Both the position numbers and the translations under genes were made by a program. DNA of 33,006 nt. It comes from Chloropicon primus (lineage: Eukaryota). Under the pieces are notes generated by a model that saw only the letters and a program-made list of their open reading frames with translations, searched no databases and was not told the DNA's origin. Location of the stretch: positions 1,736,001 through 1,769,006 of the forward strand of contig CP060755.1 of assembly GCA_023205875.1 (NCBI GenBank), in the 5' to 3' direction. Below, in pieces: positions 1 through 9,694 of this stretch. The first letter of the stretch is position 1; each line of letters begins with the position of its first letter.

Positions 1-667
1 TGGAGCGCCGGGGCCACGAGCGCGAGGCCCAAAAAGGTGAAGGTGGCGCTGCGCCTGTAGTTGAAGGGCCCGTCCTCCAGGGTCAGCTGGCAGATCAGGT
101 CGCCCGCGAAGTTCAGGAAGGCCGTGGTGGCCAGCTTCATGGGGATGGGGTGCTTGTCCACGAGGGCCAGGTACCAGGCGAGCAGGCCCAGGGGCTCCCC
201 GCCCCCCCCGCTTCCTCCCCCCCCGCTCCCCCCGCTTCCTCCTCCTCCGCTCCCCCCGCTTCCTCCGGCCCCGCTGCCCCCCCCCTTGGTGCCGTCCAGG
301 CTGAAGGCCCTCCAATTCCTCGCCCCTCCGCTCCTCGCGGACACGGAGGACTGCGAGGGGCCCCTCCCCGTCAAGCCCCTCGGCAACCCCGTGGCCACCC
401 CCCGTGGCGCCGGCCCCTGCGCGGCGAGGGCGGTCACCCGCCGACCGAGCACTACGCCCTGCTGCTTCACCACCTGCCCCCACGCACCCACACAAACAAC
501 CATCCCGACGTCAGTAAGTCCCCATTCCAATTCCCCTGGCGAGAAAAGGGGTAAGAGCGATCGAGGGAGGGAGCGATCGAGGGAGGGATTCCTTTTCTCT
601 TGGTTGTTCTTGTCGTGGTACTTACCCTATCCGCATTCCTGCAGGCGGACTTGACCCACGTCGTCAT
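1..667 (-). CDS. Mpv17/PMP22 (PXMP2/4) family membrane protein, 5' part only; exons 667-626 and 473-<1
   Basis: Not in the ORF track. ATG at 667 (MTTWVKSACRNADR), GTAAGT donor at 625, TACTGAC branch point, CAG acceptor ending at 474, phase 0. Exon 2 encodes a transit-peptide-like stretch, a Gly/Ser linker, then WYLALVDKHPIPMKLATTAFLNFAGDLICQL...RRSATFTFLGLALVAPAL, the typical start of the Mpv17/PMP22 domain. Confidence 0.85.
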
Positions 668-901
668 CGTAGTGTTTGTTGTGTTGTTGTGTTGTTGTTT
701 GTTGTTGTTGGTGTGTCGTCGTCCTCCCCCCGGCGCCAGGGCGACTCCGCGTTCTGCAGAGCGGGAAAGGCCAAGGCGGCTGCTGGGGGACCAGGACGAG
801 GACACAAGAGGAGACGAGGGACGAGGACAAGGACGGAGAGAGGAGGGAGGAGGGAGGAGGGACGGGAGGGAATAATCCTAACGTAAGCCGAGGGGGGGGA
901 T

Positions 902-3364
902 ATGAATTTCGGGTTTAATAACTTGCTGGGAAGCCCGTACAGGGGGGGGAACGCCTGCTTTGATGGGGATGGGAACGACACGAGTTTGTACGTGGGGGTG
1001 GGGAACAGGGTGGCCAAGACGAACCTAGCGACCACGGTCACCACGGTGCTCAAGTTCGAGGCGGAGAGCGACATCGAGAGGATCGCGTTGAGGCCGGACG
1101 GCCGCGTCCTCGCCGTCGTGGACAAGCTTGCTCGACTGAGCCTTCTGAACACGAGCCAGAACGTGGTCTTGCACAAGCTCACCCTCAAGGGAGAATGCCG
1201 CTGCATGGAGTACAGCCCATGCGGACGCTACCTCGCGGTGGGCGTGGGGAAGGTCCTCCAGGTGTGGGACTGCTCGGTCGACATGAAGAAGACCTTCGCT
1301 CCGCTTAGGCTGCACGTGCAGCACGGAAGCGCTCACGACGACCTCACGACCATCAGCTGGAACTCCGAGGGCACTTACCTGGCCTGCGGAAGCCGTGACC
1401 TGGGGGTCCACGTCTTCTCTCGGGACAAGGTCAAGGGGTTCAAGGGCGCGGTGCTCACTGGGCACAGGGACAACCCGGTGCTGGCGCAGTTCACGTCGAC
1501 CAAGGTGGGGGCGGCGGGATCGGAGGGCTCCAGGCAGGTCCTCTACACGCTCTCCCAGGACGGCAAGCTCATGCGGTGGGCCTTCAAGCCCGACGGAGGC
1601 GGCGAAGGGGACGAGGAAGACCTGTCCCGGGGGAGCTGGATTCTCGCGGGGAAGCACTTCGTGGAGCGGCAGGGGGCGAAGATCACGAGTTGCCACCTTC
1701 ACCCGGTGTCCCAGACCCTGGTGGTCGGGTTCAAGGACGGGCGTTTCGAGCTCTTCCAGATGCCGGACTTCACGTCCATCCAGTCCCTGAGCGTTTCCAG
1801 GGACGCGCTGTCGACCGCGGTGATCAACCCCGCCTCGGACTTGGTCGCCATCGGGTGCGCAAAGCTGGGTCAGCTCCTCGTTTGGAACTGGCAGTCTGAG
1901 AGCTACGTCTTCAAGCAGCAGGGGCACTTTTACGACGTCCTGAGCCTGGACTTCTCCAAGGACGGCAGCCAGGTTGTGACCGGGAGCGCGGACGGAAAGG
2001 TCAAGGTGTGGAACGTGAGGACGGGCCTGTGCTTTGTCACCTTCACGGACCACAAGATGCCCGTGACGGCGGTGCGGTTCATTCCCTCGAACCATGCCGT
2101 TGCCAGCGCCAGCATGGACGGGACCGTCAAAGCCTTCGATCTGATCCGGTACAGGAACTTTCGAACGTTCAAGGCGACTGAGCCAGCGCAGTTCAGCTGC
2201 CTTGCGATCGACCCCTCGGGCGAAATTATTGCGGCCGGCAGCAAGGACACTTTCCAGGTCCACTTGTGGTCCATGAAGACGGGTCACTTGCTCGACGTTC
2301 TTTCGGGTCACGAGGGCCCGGTCTCTGGGATCACCTTCGATGGCAACGGCACGACGTTGGCCACGTCTTCGTGGGATAAGACTGTCCAGCTGTGGGACAC
2401 GTTCACGGGCAAAGGAAGGAAGGAGACTCTCAGCCATTACCACGACGTGCTTTGCCTCGCCTACCGGCCAGACAACAAGCAGATGTGCGCGGGGACTCTG
2501 GACGGCCAGCTCAGCTTTTGGGAAACGACGAATTTCAGCATCGAGGGAACCATAGATGCGAGACTGGACTTGAGGACCTCGGGCGCCGGAACAGCGGCAG
2601 GAGCAGGGATGTGCTTTTCGAGCATAGCATACTCCGCGGCAGGGGAGCAGCTCTTTGGAGCCGGAAGGTGCAACTTTGTGTGCGTGTACGACACTACAGA
2701 AATGGTGCTTCTGTCGAGAATTCAGATCTCGCACAACGTGAGCCTCGACGGCGTTCTCGACAAGCTCAACTCCAAGAGGGACGGGGTCATGCCGATGGAG
2801 GACCCAGCAGAGGAGGACAAGGATTTGCAGGAGGGCAGGGGAGAGGTTCGGGCGAGCTGCATAGGCCTCTCTCCAGCCGGGGACTCGTGGGCCGTGGCCG
2901 CGACTCCCGGAGTCCTTGTCTTCTGCAAAGACGAGTCTCTCATGTTCCAGCCTGATCTCCTGGACGAGGACATAACTCCAGCAGCAGTGGCGAGGAGCAT
3001 AAGGAAAAGGGAATGGGGCAAGGCCTTGGTCATGTCCCTAAGGATGAAGGACAAGGGCCTCTTGCAAGAGGTCTTGGATCGAGTGCCTGTGTCTGAGATC
3101 GATTCTGTGGTGACCAAGGTACCACCTGCCTTGGTGCATGGAACGGTGGAGGGCCTGATGGAGAAAACCGTGCACTTGGAGAGGCTGGTGATGTGGGTGG
3201 AGGGGATAACGACGCACCATGGAAGGTACCTGAGGCGCGGCGCAGGGGGCATGGTCACCCTGAGGGCCCTGCACAAAGCCCTGAATCACTACGACCTCAC
3301 GTCAATGGTGGAGGACAACCTTTCCAAGCTCGATTACATCGAGCAAGTGAGAAATATCACGTGA
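902..3364 (+). CDS. PWP2: Periodic tryptophan protein 2 (Utp1), WD40 component of the SSU processome
   Basis: Intronless 820 aa. Starts MNFGFNNLLGSPYRGGN and contains KLGQLLVWNWQSESYVFKQQGH, AFDLIRYRNFRTF, LSGHEGPVS and a C-terminal Utp12-like helical domain. Confidence 0.95.
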   Translation: MNFGFNNLLGSPYRGGNACFDGDGNDTSLYVGVGNRVAKTNLATTVTTVLKFEAESDIERIALRPDGRVLAVVDKLARLSLLNTSQNVVLHKLTLKGECRCMEYSPCGRYLAVGVGKVLQVWDCSVDMKKTFAPLRLHVQHGSAHDDLTTISWNSEGTYLACGSRDLGVHVFSRDKVKGFKGAVLTGHRDNPVLAQFTSTKVGAAGSEGSRQVLYTLSQDGKLMRWAFKPDGGGEGDEEDLSRGSWILAGKHFVERQGAKITSCHLHPVSQTLVVGFKDGRFELFQMPDFTSIQSLSVSRDALSTAVINPASDLVAIGCAKLGQLLVWNWQSESYVFKQQGHFYDVLSLDFSKDGSQVVTGSADGKVKVWNVRTGLCFVTFTDHKMPVTAVRFIPSNHAVASASMDGTVKAFDLIRYRNFRTFKATEPAQFSCLAIDPSGEIIAAGSKDTFQVHLWSMKTGHLLDVLSGHEGPVSGITFDGNGTTLATSSWDKTVQLWDTFTGKGRKETLSHYHDVLCLAYRPDNKQMCAGTLDGQLSFWETTNFSIEGTIDARLDLRTSGAGTAAGAGMCFSSIAYSAAGEQLFGAGRCNFVCVYDTTEMVLLSRIQISHNVSLDGVLDKLNSKRDGVMPMEDPAEEDKDLQEGRGEVRASCIGLSPAGDSWAVAATPGVLVFCKDESLMFQPDLLDEDITPAAVARSIRKREWGKALVMSLRMKDKGLLQEVLDRVPVSEIDSVVTKVPPALVHGTVEGLMEKTVHLERLVMWVEGITTHHGRYLRRGAGGMVTLRALHKALNHYDLTSMVEDNLSKLDYIEQVRNIT

Positions 3365-3532
3365 AGAAAGTGTGTTGCGTTTGTTGTTTTGTATAGTAAA
3401 AAAAATACATTTATTTCTGGAGCTTTTGCCTCCATTCATCTACCTACCTGTCCTGTTTTGGCATACGGACAAAATGCCTCTCTACCTGTGTTCCAAGTTC
3501 CCTAAACCCAAGCTTCAGAAAAAATCATCCTT

Positions 3533-5305
3533 TCACTCCTCTGCGTAAGACAGAGAAACGTGCGAGAGGGTCTGGCAAGAGTCATAGATCCCGCAGAATG
3601 TGGATCCCAGGCCACAGCTTCCAAGCCCGCAGAAACCCAGGCCCCGGGGAACCTCGTCCTGGTCGGGACTGTTTGGAGCGAAGACGAACTCGTGAAGGCT
3701 CTCCTCGGCATGGAGCATTTTGGCGAGGCCCAATCCAGGTGTCGGGCCCTTCGCACTGATGTACTGAATCTCCTCGCTGGTCTCCGAGGTCTCCCACGTG
3801 AGGTGGGGAAGGACAAACCGCTTGTACAGCACGAAAAGCCTCGTTTCGCTTATTCTGCCAGGATTCACCAGGTTCACGACGCCGCACTGCCTCTCCTTGA
3901 TCATATTCACCGCAAGGGGGAGCAGCTCCGGGAGGCAAGACACAAATCTTGGCGTGTGGGTCAGCGGCTCGCCTTGCTCCGCTCGTCTGCGCAGTCTCGC
4001 AAACCCAGAGTCGGGATGCTTGAGGTCCGCGTTCAGCGCTATTCCAATCCGCAGGATAAGCACCCTGTTCTTGAACTTCTTGTCCAACATCTCGTGCGCT
4101 TTCTCCTTGGTCCACGAGTAGAAGGACGCGTCCGCGTCAAGTTCGCTGAGGTGTGTCAGGTGGCATCCCCTCTCCAGAGCGATTGCTGCCAAGTTCATCG
4201 CCCCCGACAAGTTGGAAGCCACCATCGCGGGGTCGAAGCCTTCCCCCTGGCCCACCCGGCCAGCCGCATTGATGATATGCGTTGGGTTGACCTCCATCAC
4301 GTCTTTCAGAATCGCATCGTAGTTTTCGAGTCTCGCCGCCCCAAACTCGAAGTCAATGTCCATCCTCACCAGAATCTGTCCGATCTGACAAGCCATCCAC
4401 CCTCCCTTGCCGTAGAGCAGCACCTTCGTGGGGCGCTCGGCCATCGATTGCCTGCTTGCCACGGTGGACTCCTCCTCTCCCTTGGAGGCCGGCTCCAACA
4501 CTTCCTGCTTTCTCTGTGCCGTTACCTCGCTCGCCCTCCGGGTCACTTCCCCTTCTGGGAGATCGTGCACCCATTTCCTCATCATGGTCTCGTTGTTGAA
4601 GGAGACCTCGGACACCAGCACGTCCCTCTCATCCTTGTCAAAATAGTATCGGCTTACGATGGGCCCAAACTTCCCGTCGTGGTACCCGTGCGTCTCCAGG
4701 GACCAAACGAAGCGCTCCAGGTCCGTGTCGAAGGTCCACTTGCACCTCTCCAGTATCTTGAACCCCCACGAGTCCTTACGATGGTTGTCGACCCCTTCCA
4801 CGAACGTGAGCATGGACCCCGTCTTCCTGTCCTTGGGGATGGACTTGTCCTCGACATGAAGGACGCTCTTCTTCTGCACGATTTTCATCCTCGCCTTCGA
4901 AAACGAGCGGTACAGGAGTTTCCTCACGATCCACGGCGCTCCCGCGGCCGCCAAGAGGGGGTCGAGGTTCTCCACGTCGCGCACCCTCCAGTGGCCGGTG
5001 AAGTCCGGCAGCAGACTCTTGCTGCTCCCCGCCCCAGGGTGCCAGTCTCCCTTGAGAACGCTGTCCCGGATCTCAACGGACTCGCCACTCGTTCTCTCGC
5101 CCTCGGCGCCTTCGCCAAGGTTCTTCGTCGCCTTCGCCAGGGAACTGACCTCGCTGTCGGCCTCCAAGCCTGCCGGAGGGTCGTCCGGCCTGATCCTCAT
5201 CTCGCAAGCCCTCCGGAGGTTCATGCCTTCCTCCCCCTCCCCCGCTTCGCTGAGGACGACAGACCTCTCCGTCGTCGAGATGGACTGCGGCGGGTCGTCC
5301 TCCAT
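3533..5305 (-). CDS. Fusion protein: N-terminal FABP/lipocalin-like barrel plus C-terminal degenerate NRS/ER (UER1)-like extended SDR
   Basis: 590 aa. About aa 99-246 reads PDFTGHWRVRDVENLDPLLAAAGAPWIVRK...(FABP-like start). About aa 294-520 reads KVLLYGKGGWM...FGAARLE...PTHIINAAG...SFYSWTK...LPELLPLAVNM...GVVNLVNPG...LPHLTW, colinear with plant NRS/ER and the RHM C-terminal domain. Confidence 0.75.
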   Translation of the reverse strand: MEDDPPQSISTTERSVVLSEAGEGEEGMNLRRACEMRIRPDDPPAGLEADSEVSSLAKATKNLGEGAEGERTSGESVEIRDSVLKGDWHPGAGSSKSLLPDFTGHWRVRDVENLDPLLAAAGAPWIVRKLLYRSFSKARMKIVQKKSVLHVEDKSIPKDRKTGSMLTFVEGVDNHRKDSWGFKILERCKWTFDTDLERFVWSLETHGYHDGKFGPIVSRYYFDKDERDVLVSEVSFNNETMMRKWVHDLPEGEVTRRASEVTAQRKQEVLEPASKGEEESTVASRQSMAERPTKVLLYGKGGWMACQIGQILVRMDIDFEFGAARLENYDAILKDVMEVNPTHIINAAGRVGQGEGFDPAMVASNLSGAMNLAAIALERGCHLTHLSELDADASFYSWTKEKAHEMLDKKFKNRVLILRIGIALNADLKHPDSGFARLRRRAEQGEPLTHTPRFVSCLPELLPLAVNMIKERQCGVVNLVNPGRISETRLFVLYKRFVLPHLTWETSETSEEIQYISAKGPTPGLGLAKMLHAEESLHEFVFAPNSPDQDEVPRGLGFCGLGSCGLGSTFCGIYDSCQTLSHVSLSYAEE

Positions 5306-5307
5306 GG

Positions 5308-5375
5308 CCTCTCGTGTCCTCTCCCCTCGCGTCCTCTCCTCTCGCGTCCTCTCCTCTCGCGTCCTCTCCTCTCGT
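5308..5375. repeat. ~4 copies of a 15-bp tandem unit (CTCTCGCGTCCTCTC-like) just upstream of the fusion gene ATG
   Basis: Visible directly; translates as RVLSS or GEDAR repeats in shadow frames. Confidence 0.8.
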
Positions 5376-5535
5376 CTCGTCCTTGTGCCGAGCCAAGCGA
5401 GGCGTTACGAGCGAGGCAGTGGCTGCTCTTCTGGGTCGGCGACCCTGAACATCGGAAAAGGAGAGGGGGGAGGTTGTGCTCTTGGTTCTTTGGCTTTTTT
5501 ATTACATCAAAAAGAAAAACGATTGATTTATTGAT

Positions 5536-6615
5536 TCAAGGGGAAGCCAAGTTCGCCAAGCAACTCTGCACTTGTTCCTTGATGAAGGGTTTGTGGACCT
5601 TCACGTCCATGTCAAACTTGGAGCTGAGCTTCTTCAACATGTCCTTCAGGGTGAACTCGCTCAGGTCCACCTCCCGCATGATCGACTGGATCTCCTTCTG
5701 TAGCTGGTCCTCGATCGAGACCTTGGGCTTCGGAACCAGCGGGAGGTCGTCGTCGCTGTCGCTGTCGCTCTCACTCTCGCTCTCGCTCTCGCTCTCGCTC
5801 TCGCTGCCCAGGGTCGTGATCTGCGACTTGGCTGCCTTGGTGGTGGTCGCTTTCTTGGCCTTCTTGGCGCCACCCGCCGCGGCCCCCGTCTTCTTCTTCC
5901 TTTGGGCCTTCCTCTTCCTCTGGGCTTTCTTCTTCTCCTCGGCGGCGGCCAGGTCCCTGGTGGACATGACCTTGGGCGCTCTCAAAAACTCCAAAATTCT
6001 TTTGATCTTGCCGTCCTTCTTGCTCTCCTCCCCCTTCCCCCTCGGGAGGTCCAAGGTATCAAGCAACAGATTCAGCTCCTCCACCTTGAAAGTCTCCAGC
6101 TTGGCCGCGTCCTTGGCCATCTCATCGCTGGTTCCCTCGCTCCCGTACCCAGGCTTGCCGCTGAACTCCAAGATGTTCTTCTTGATCACCAAGTAGGCCC
6201 CAGGCTTCCTGTACAGCAAGGCGTGTACCTTCTTCAAAAAGTCGTCCTTCCTGTTGAACTTCCCCACGAGGAAGGCGACATTGGGAATGTCACCGAGCCG
6301 AGTCCCGCCTCCCGCCACGATCTCGAGCTTCTTCTTTTCCTTGGGACCCTCCGGCATCAACCGTTGGGTCTGCTTTCGCTCCCTCGCTGGCCGGGCTCTC
6401 CCCACATTCAGTGTCGCCGCTTGCGCCGCGGCCACCTCCTTGGCCTTGGGGGAGGACAACGTGAGCGAAGGGTTCGGCGGTCAGCACACAGCGGCAAGAG
6501 CACACTCCCGCGCACGCACACACTCCCGCGCACTGCTGCCACCCTCTCTTCCGAAGCGGTGGCAGGTCTCAGATCACGAGAGAAGCCCGATGCGAGGGCC
6601 GCACCAAAAGTGTGC

Positions 6616-6648
<33 letters not shown>

Positions 6649-6743
6649 TAGGAGAGCCGCGGGTGCGGTTTCTTCTCGTGCTCGTGCGCACTTACCTCGA
6701 CGGGAGCCTCAGCGGGCGTCGGTTGGTTCGTCTCTGTCTCCAT
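5536..6743 (-). CDS. DEK: DEK-domain chromatin protein; exons 6743-6696 and 6444-5536 (~318 aa)
   Basis: ATG 6743, GTAAGT donor at 6695, GCTGAC branch point, AAG acceptor, phase 0. Contains RPARERK, GTRLGDIPNVAF, IKKNILEFSG, an acidic (SE)n tract and a DEK_C domain (IMREVDLSEFTLKDMLKKLSSKFDMDV). Confidence 0.9.
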
Positions 6744-7064
6744 CCTTCGCTCTCTCTCTGTTCCGTGGGAGGAGGGATCTTCCTTTTTTTCCTTTTTCTC
6801 CTCAGCCTCAGCAGGAAGGAGAGGGGGGAGGGGAGAGAGAGAGAGAGAGAGGAGGGAGGGAGAGGGAGAGAGAGGGAGAGATGAGCGATTTTTTTGGTTT
6901 TTTGCTTCTCGCGTTCGAGGGAGGTTGAGGGACTCGAGGGGGTAGGATTGAGTTTTTTAGATTACAATGGCGCAGTGGTCGGGCGATAATGGGGCCGGAC
7001 CACGACCATAACACGCGTGGGGGCCCGGGAGCCCCCCTGCCGTCTTCCTCACAACCGAATTTTT

Positions 7065-8330
7065 TTACTTTCTTTGCCTTGGGCTGGGCTTGAAGGGCGA
7101 GGTTCCCTGGGGCTTGAACGCGGGCTTGCCCGGGGACGAGACCTGCCCGATGTTCTGCTTCTTCCCCCTCCCCGCTCTCTTCCCCCTGCCCTTCCCTTTC
7201 TTGCCTCCGAACAGGAAGGGGGACAGGATGAGGTACGCCAAGGTGACCACGGGGATGTGAACCAGGGTGTTGACGACCATCTTCTCCGCTGCCTGGGCGT
7301 CCCCGACGTACTGCGCCAACTGGGGGACTCCCATGGCCAGGCCGATCACCTTGGCGGCGAGGCCCTTGGAGAACACGACGTACTTGTGCTTCAGCTCGGC
7401 ATACACCTCTGTGGTCTTGGCCTTGGCGATCTGCACGAAGTGCATGACCTTGTCGTACGCGGCCTTCATCTGCGGCTGGTACGGCTTGGTGACCTCGTCC
7501 ACCTTCTCCAGCGCCGGGGAGTAGTAGGGCTCGCACACCGCCTTCGCCTGCTCCATCAGGGGTCCCACCTTCTGCACGACGACCCCTTGCAGCTCGAAGA
7601 ACTTGTCCTTCCCTTGGTCGTACGCCTGGAGGGCGAGGGGCTTGCACTTCTCGTACGTCGCCGCGGCGTGCCCCGTCACAAAGACGACGGCGGTGGTCAC
7701 GCCGTCCCTAGCGTTCCCATAGTACCGAATCAGCTTCGGCTTGACCTTGTTCTCGTACTCGAGCACCCAGGCGGAGAGCTCCGGGGAGAGGCACACTATT
7801 TTCGCGTCATCCTCGGCCTTTGCGGCCAGGATCCTGACTTGGTTCTGGAGGTCCTCGACCTTCCCCAAGGCCATGTTGTAGTTCTCCTTCATCTGCCACT
7901 GCAGGGTCTCGGCGTCCTTCAATTTGGCCTCGATCTCGTTCGCCTCCTTCAGCTTGGCTTCGAGCTCGCCCACCTTAGTCTGGAGCGCCCCAGTCTCCTT
8001 GACGCGCTTGTCAGCCTCCGCCATGGTCTTGGTGGTGAGCTTCAAAATTTTTCCCTCCAAGTCCGCCACCACGATCTCCCTGTCTTTGATTTGGCTCCTG
8101 AGCGACGCGATTTGCGCCTCCTCCCCCGAGCAGTCCCTGGCCACCTCGTTCATGATGATGTGGTCTTTGTTTCCCTTATCCTCCTCCTGCGCCCAGGCCA
8201 TTCTCCCCCAGGTGTTTTGTTCGTTCATGGCGAGCCCCAAGAGCCCCACCACGAGTAGGAGTCGCAGCAGTCTCCCTCCTCCCTTTCCCTTTCCCTTTCC
8301 CTTTCCCTTTCCCTTCCAATACACGGACAT
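7065..8330 (-). CDS. Uncharacterised membrane-anchored coiled-coil protein (421 aa)
   Basis: N-terminal (GK)n then a hydrophobic signal/TM (LLRLLLVVGLLGLAM), long heptad region, C-terminal TM (VHIPVVTLAYLILSPFLF) and basic tail. Coding-like codon use; TGTAA at 6966-6962 downstream. Confidence 0.75.
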   Translation of the reverse strand: MSVYWKGKGKGKGKGKGGGRLLRLLLVVGLLGLAMNEQNTWGRMAWAQEEDKGNKDHIIMNEVARDCSGEEAQIASLRSQIKDREIVVADLEGKILKLTTKTMAEADKRVKETGALQTKVGELEAKLKEANEIEAKLKDAETLQWQMKENYNMALGKVEDLQNQVRILAAKAEDDAKIVCLSPELSAWVLEYENKVKPKLIRYYGNARDGVTTAVVFVTGHAAATYEKCKPLALQAYDQGKDKFFELQGVVVQKVGPLMEQAKAVCEPYYSPALEKVDEVTKPYQPQMKAAYDKVMHFVQIAKAKTTEVYAELKHKYVVFSKGLAAKVIGLAMGVPQLAQYVGDAQAAEKMVVNTLVHIPVVTLAYLILSPFLFGGKKGKGRGKRAGRGKKQNIGQVSSPGKPAFKPQGTSPFKPSPRQRK

Positions 8331-8449
8331 CCTTCACTCGTCCTCGTCCGTTGTTGGTTGTTGTTTGTTCGTGGTGTTTGTGATGGTGTTCGTCCTTCCT
8401 CTTCCTCTTCCTCTTCCTCTTCCTCTTCCTCTTCCTCGGTCCTCTCCTG

Positions 8450-8565
8450 CTCCGTGTCTCGTGTTTCTGTGGGTTTGAAAGGGTCCTCCTCGCCTCGTTC
8501 TCGTCCTCCGTGTCTCGTGTTTCTGTGGGTTTGAAAGGTTCCTCCTCCTCGCCTCGTCCTCGTCC
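8450..8565. repeat. Tandem duplication of a ~56-bp unit in a divergent intergenic region
   Basis: CTCCGTGTCTCGTGTTTCTGTGGGTTTGAAAGG... occurs at 8450 and 8506, nearly identical. Confidence 0.9.
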
Positions 8566-8819
8566 TCGTCCGTCTCCACTAGGTGTTCGTGGAGACCGCT
8601 CCCCACCTCATCTGACGGTGGCGAAAACGAAAGGTCAGGACGAGGACGAGGAGCCACACCTTCACTCCAGGACAGGGGACAGGGAGGGGAACAAACACCA
8701 GACACGACACCACACCACACCACACCACACGGCAGGAGGGGAGGGGGGCGAACGAACGAACACACACACACACACACACACACACGACACGCGCGCGCGC
8801 GCGCAGGGAGGAACGCAGG

Positions 8820-9542
8820 ATGAGGGTGAGGGTGAGGGGTGTGTGTCTGTCGTGGTGCTCCTCGGCCAGGAACAACTACCTCAAGGGGAAGCAAGGGGGA
8901 GGAGGGAAGGGGAGGGCGAGGGTGGTGTTGCCGGTGCTGCCGCAGGGGAAGGGGGAGGAGGGGAGGGCGGCGAGGGGGAGACAGGCAGGGGCAGCACCGA
9001 GGACGGGGAACTCACTCGCCTTCGCCTCCTCCTCGCGGATGATGATGATGCGGAAGCGGCTCGCCATAGCGCAAGAGAGGGACCAGCAACACCCTCCAGG
9101 GGCCGCTGGGGTCGAGGGGCAGGAGGATCAGGACAACGTGGTCGAGATACAGAGCATAAGGCACCTGATAGACGAGCTGGAGAGGGCGGAGGACAAGCTC
9201 GTCGTCGTGTCCTTCCACGCCACGTGGTGCGCTGCCTGCAGGAAGGTGCAGCCCCTCGTCCAGGACGAGGTGAAGGGGAGGGAGGACGTCGTCCTGCTCA
9301 AGGTTCGGTACGACACCAACAAGCAGATCTGCAAGACGCTCGGGGTTCGCAAGCTGCCTTACTTTCACTTTTACAGGGGCAGCGAGGGCAAGCTCGAGGA
9401 TTTCTCGGCCTCGGCGAAGACCTTCCACCGGATCAAGGAGGCCATCGCCCAGCACGGCACCCCGCGGTGCACCTTGGGGGAGAACCACATCGTGCCGGAC
9501 GAGCTGCAGGAGCTCGTCGGCCGGCCCCAGGACCCGAAGTGA
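8820..9542 (+). CDS. Atypical Cys/His-rich (ACHT/Lilium-type) thioredoxin, probably plastid-targeted
   Basis: Arg/Gly/Ser-rich N-terminus, then VVSFHATWCAACRK...LKVRYDTNKQICKTLGVRKLPYFHFYRGSEGKLEDFS, matching the ACHT LPYFHFYRG signature. Confidence 0.88.
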   Translation: MRVRVRGVCLSWCSSARNNYLKGKQGGGGKGRARVVLPVLPQGKGEEGRAARGRQAGAAPRTGNSLAFASSSRMMMMRKRLAIAQERDQQHPPGAAGVEGQEDQDNVVEIQSIRHLIDELERAEDKLVVVSFHATWCAACRKVQPLVQDEVKGREDVVLLKVRYDTNKQICKTLGVRKLPYFHFYRGSEGKLEDFSASAKTFHRIKEAIAQHGTPRCTLGENHIVPDELQELVGRPQDPK

Positions 9543-9694
9543 CACCGCGCTCAGCGGGATGGGTCCCAACCATGCGTTTTTCGAGAACAGCATCAAGTTT
9601 TTCAGAGTAAAAAATGCCTGTGATATTAGTTTACAAGAGAATGTTGTGTACGTAGTCTTCCCCCCCGCCCTCTTCCCCTCCTCATCGCCGCGTC

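Noticed and set aside
555..587. 16-bp tandem duplication GAGCGATCGAGGGAGG
   Set aside because: Lies inside an intron of the Mpv17-family gene; ordinary slippage with no sign of function.
3560..6196. 878-aa plus-strand ORF, plus the 569-aa ORF at 1025-2734 and similar long overlapping ORFs
   Set aside because: They lie antisense to well-supported genes in GC3-rich sequence, where reverse-frame stops are rare, and show no recognisable domains.
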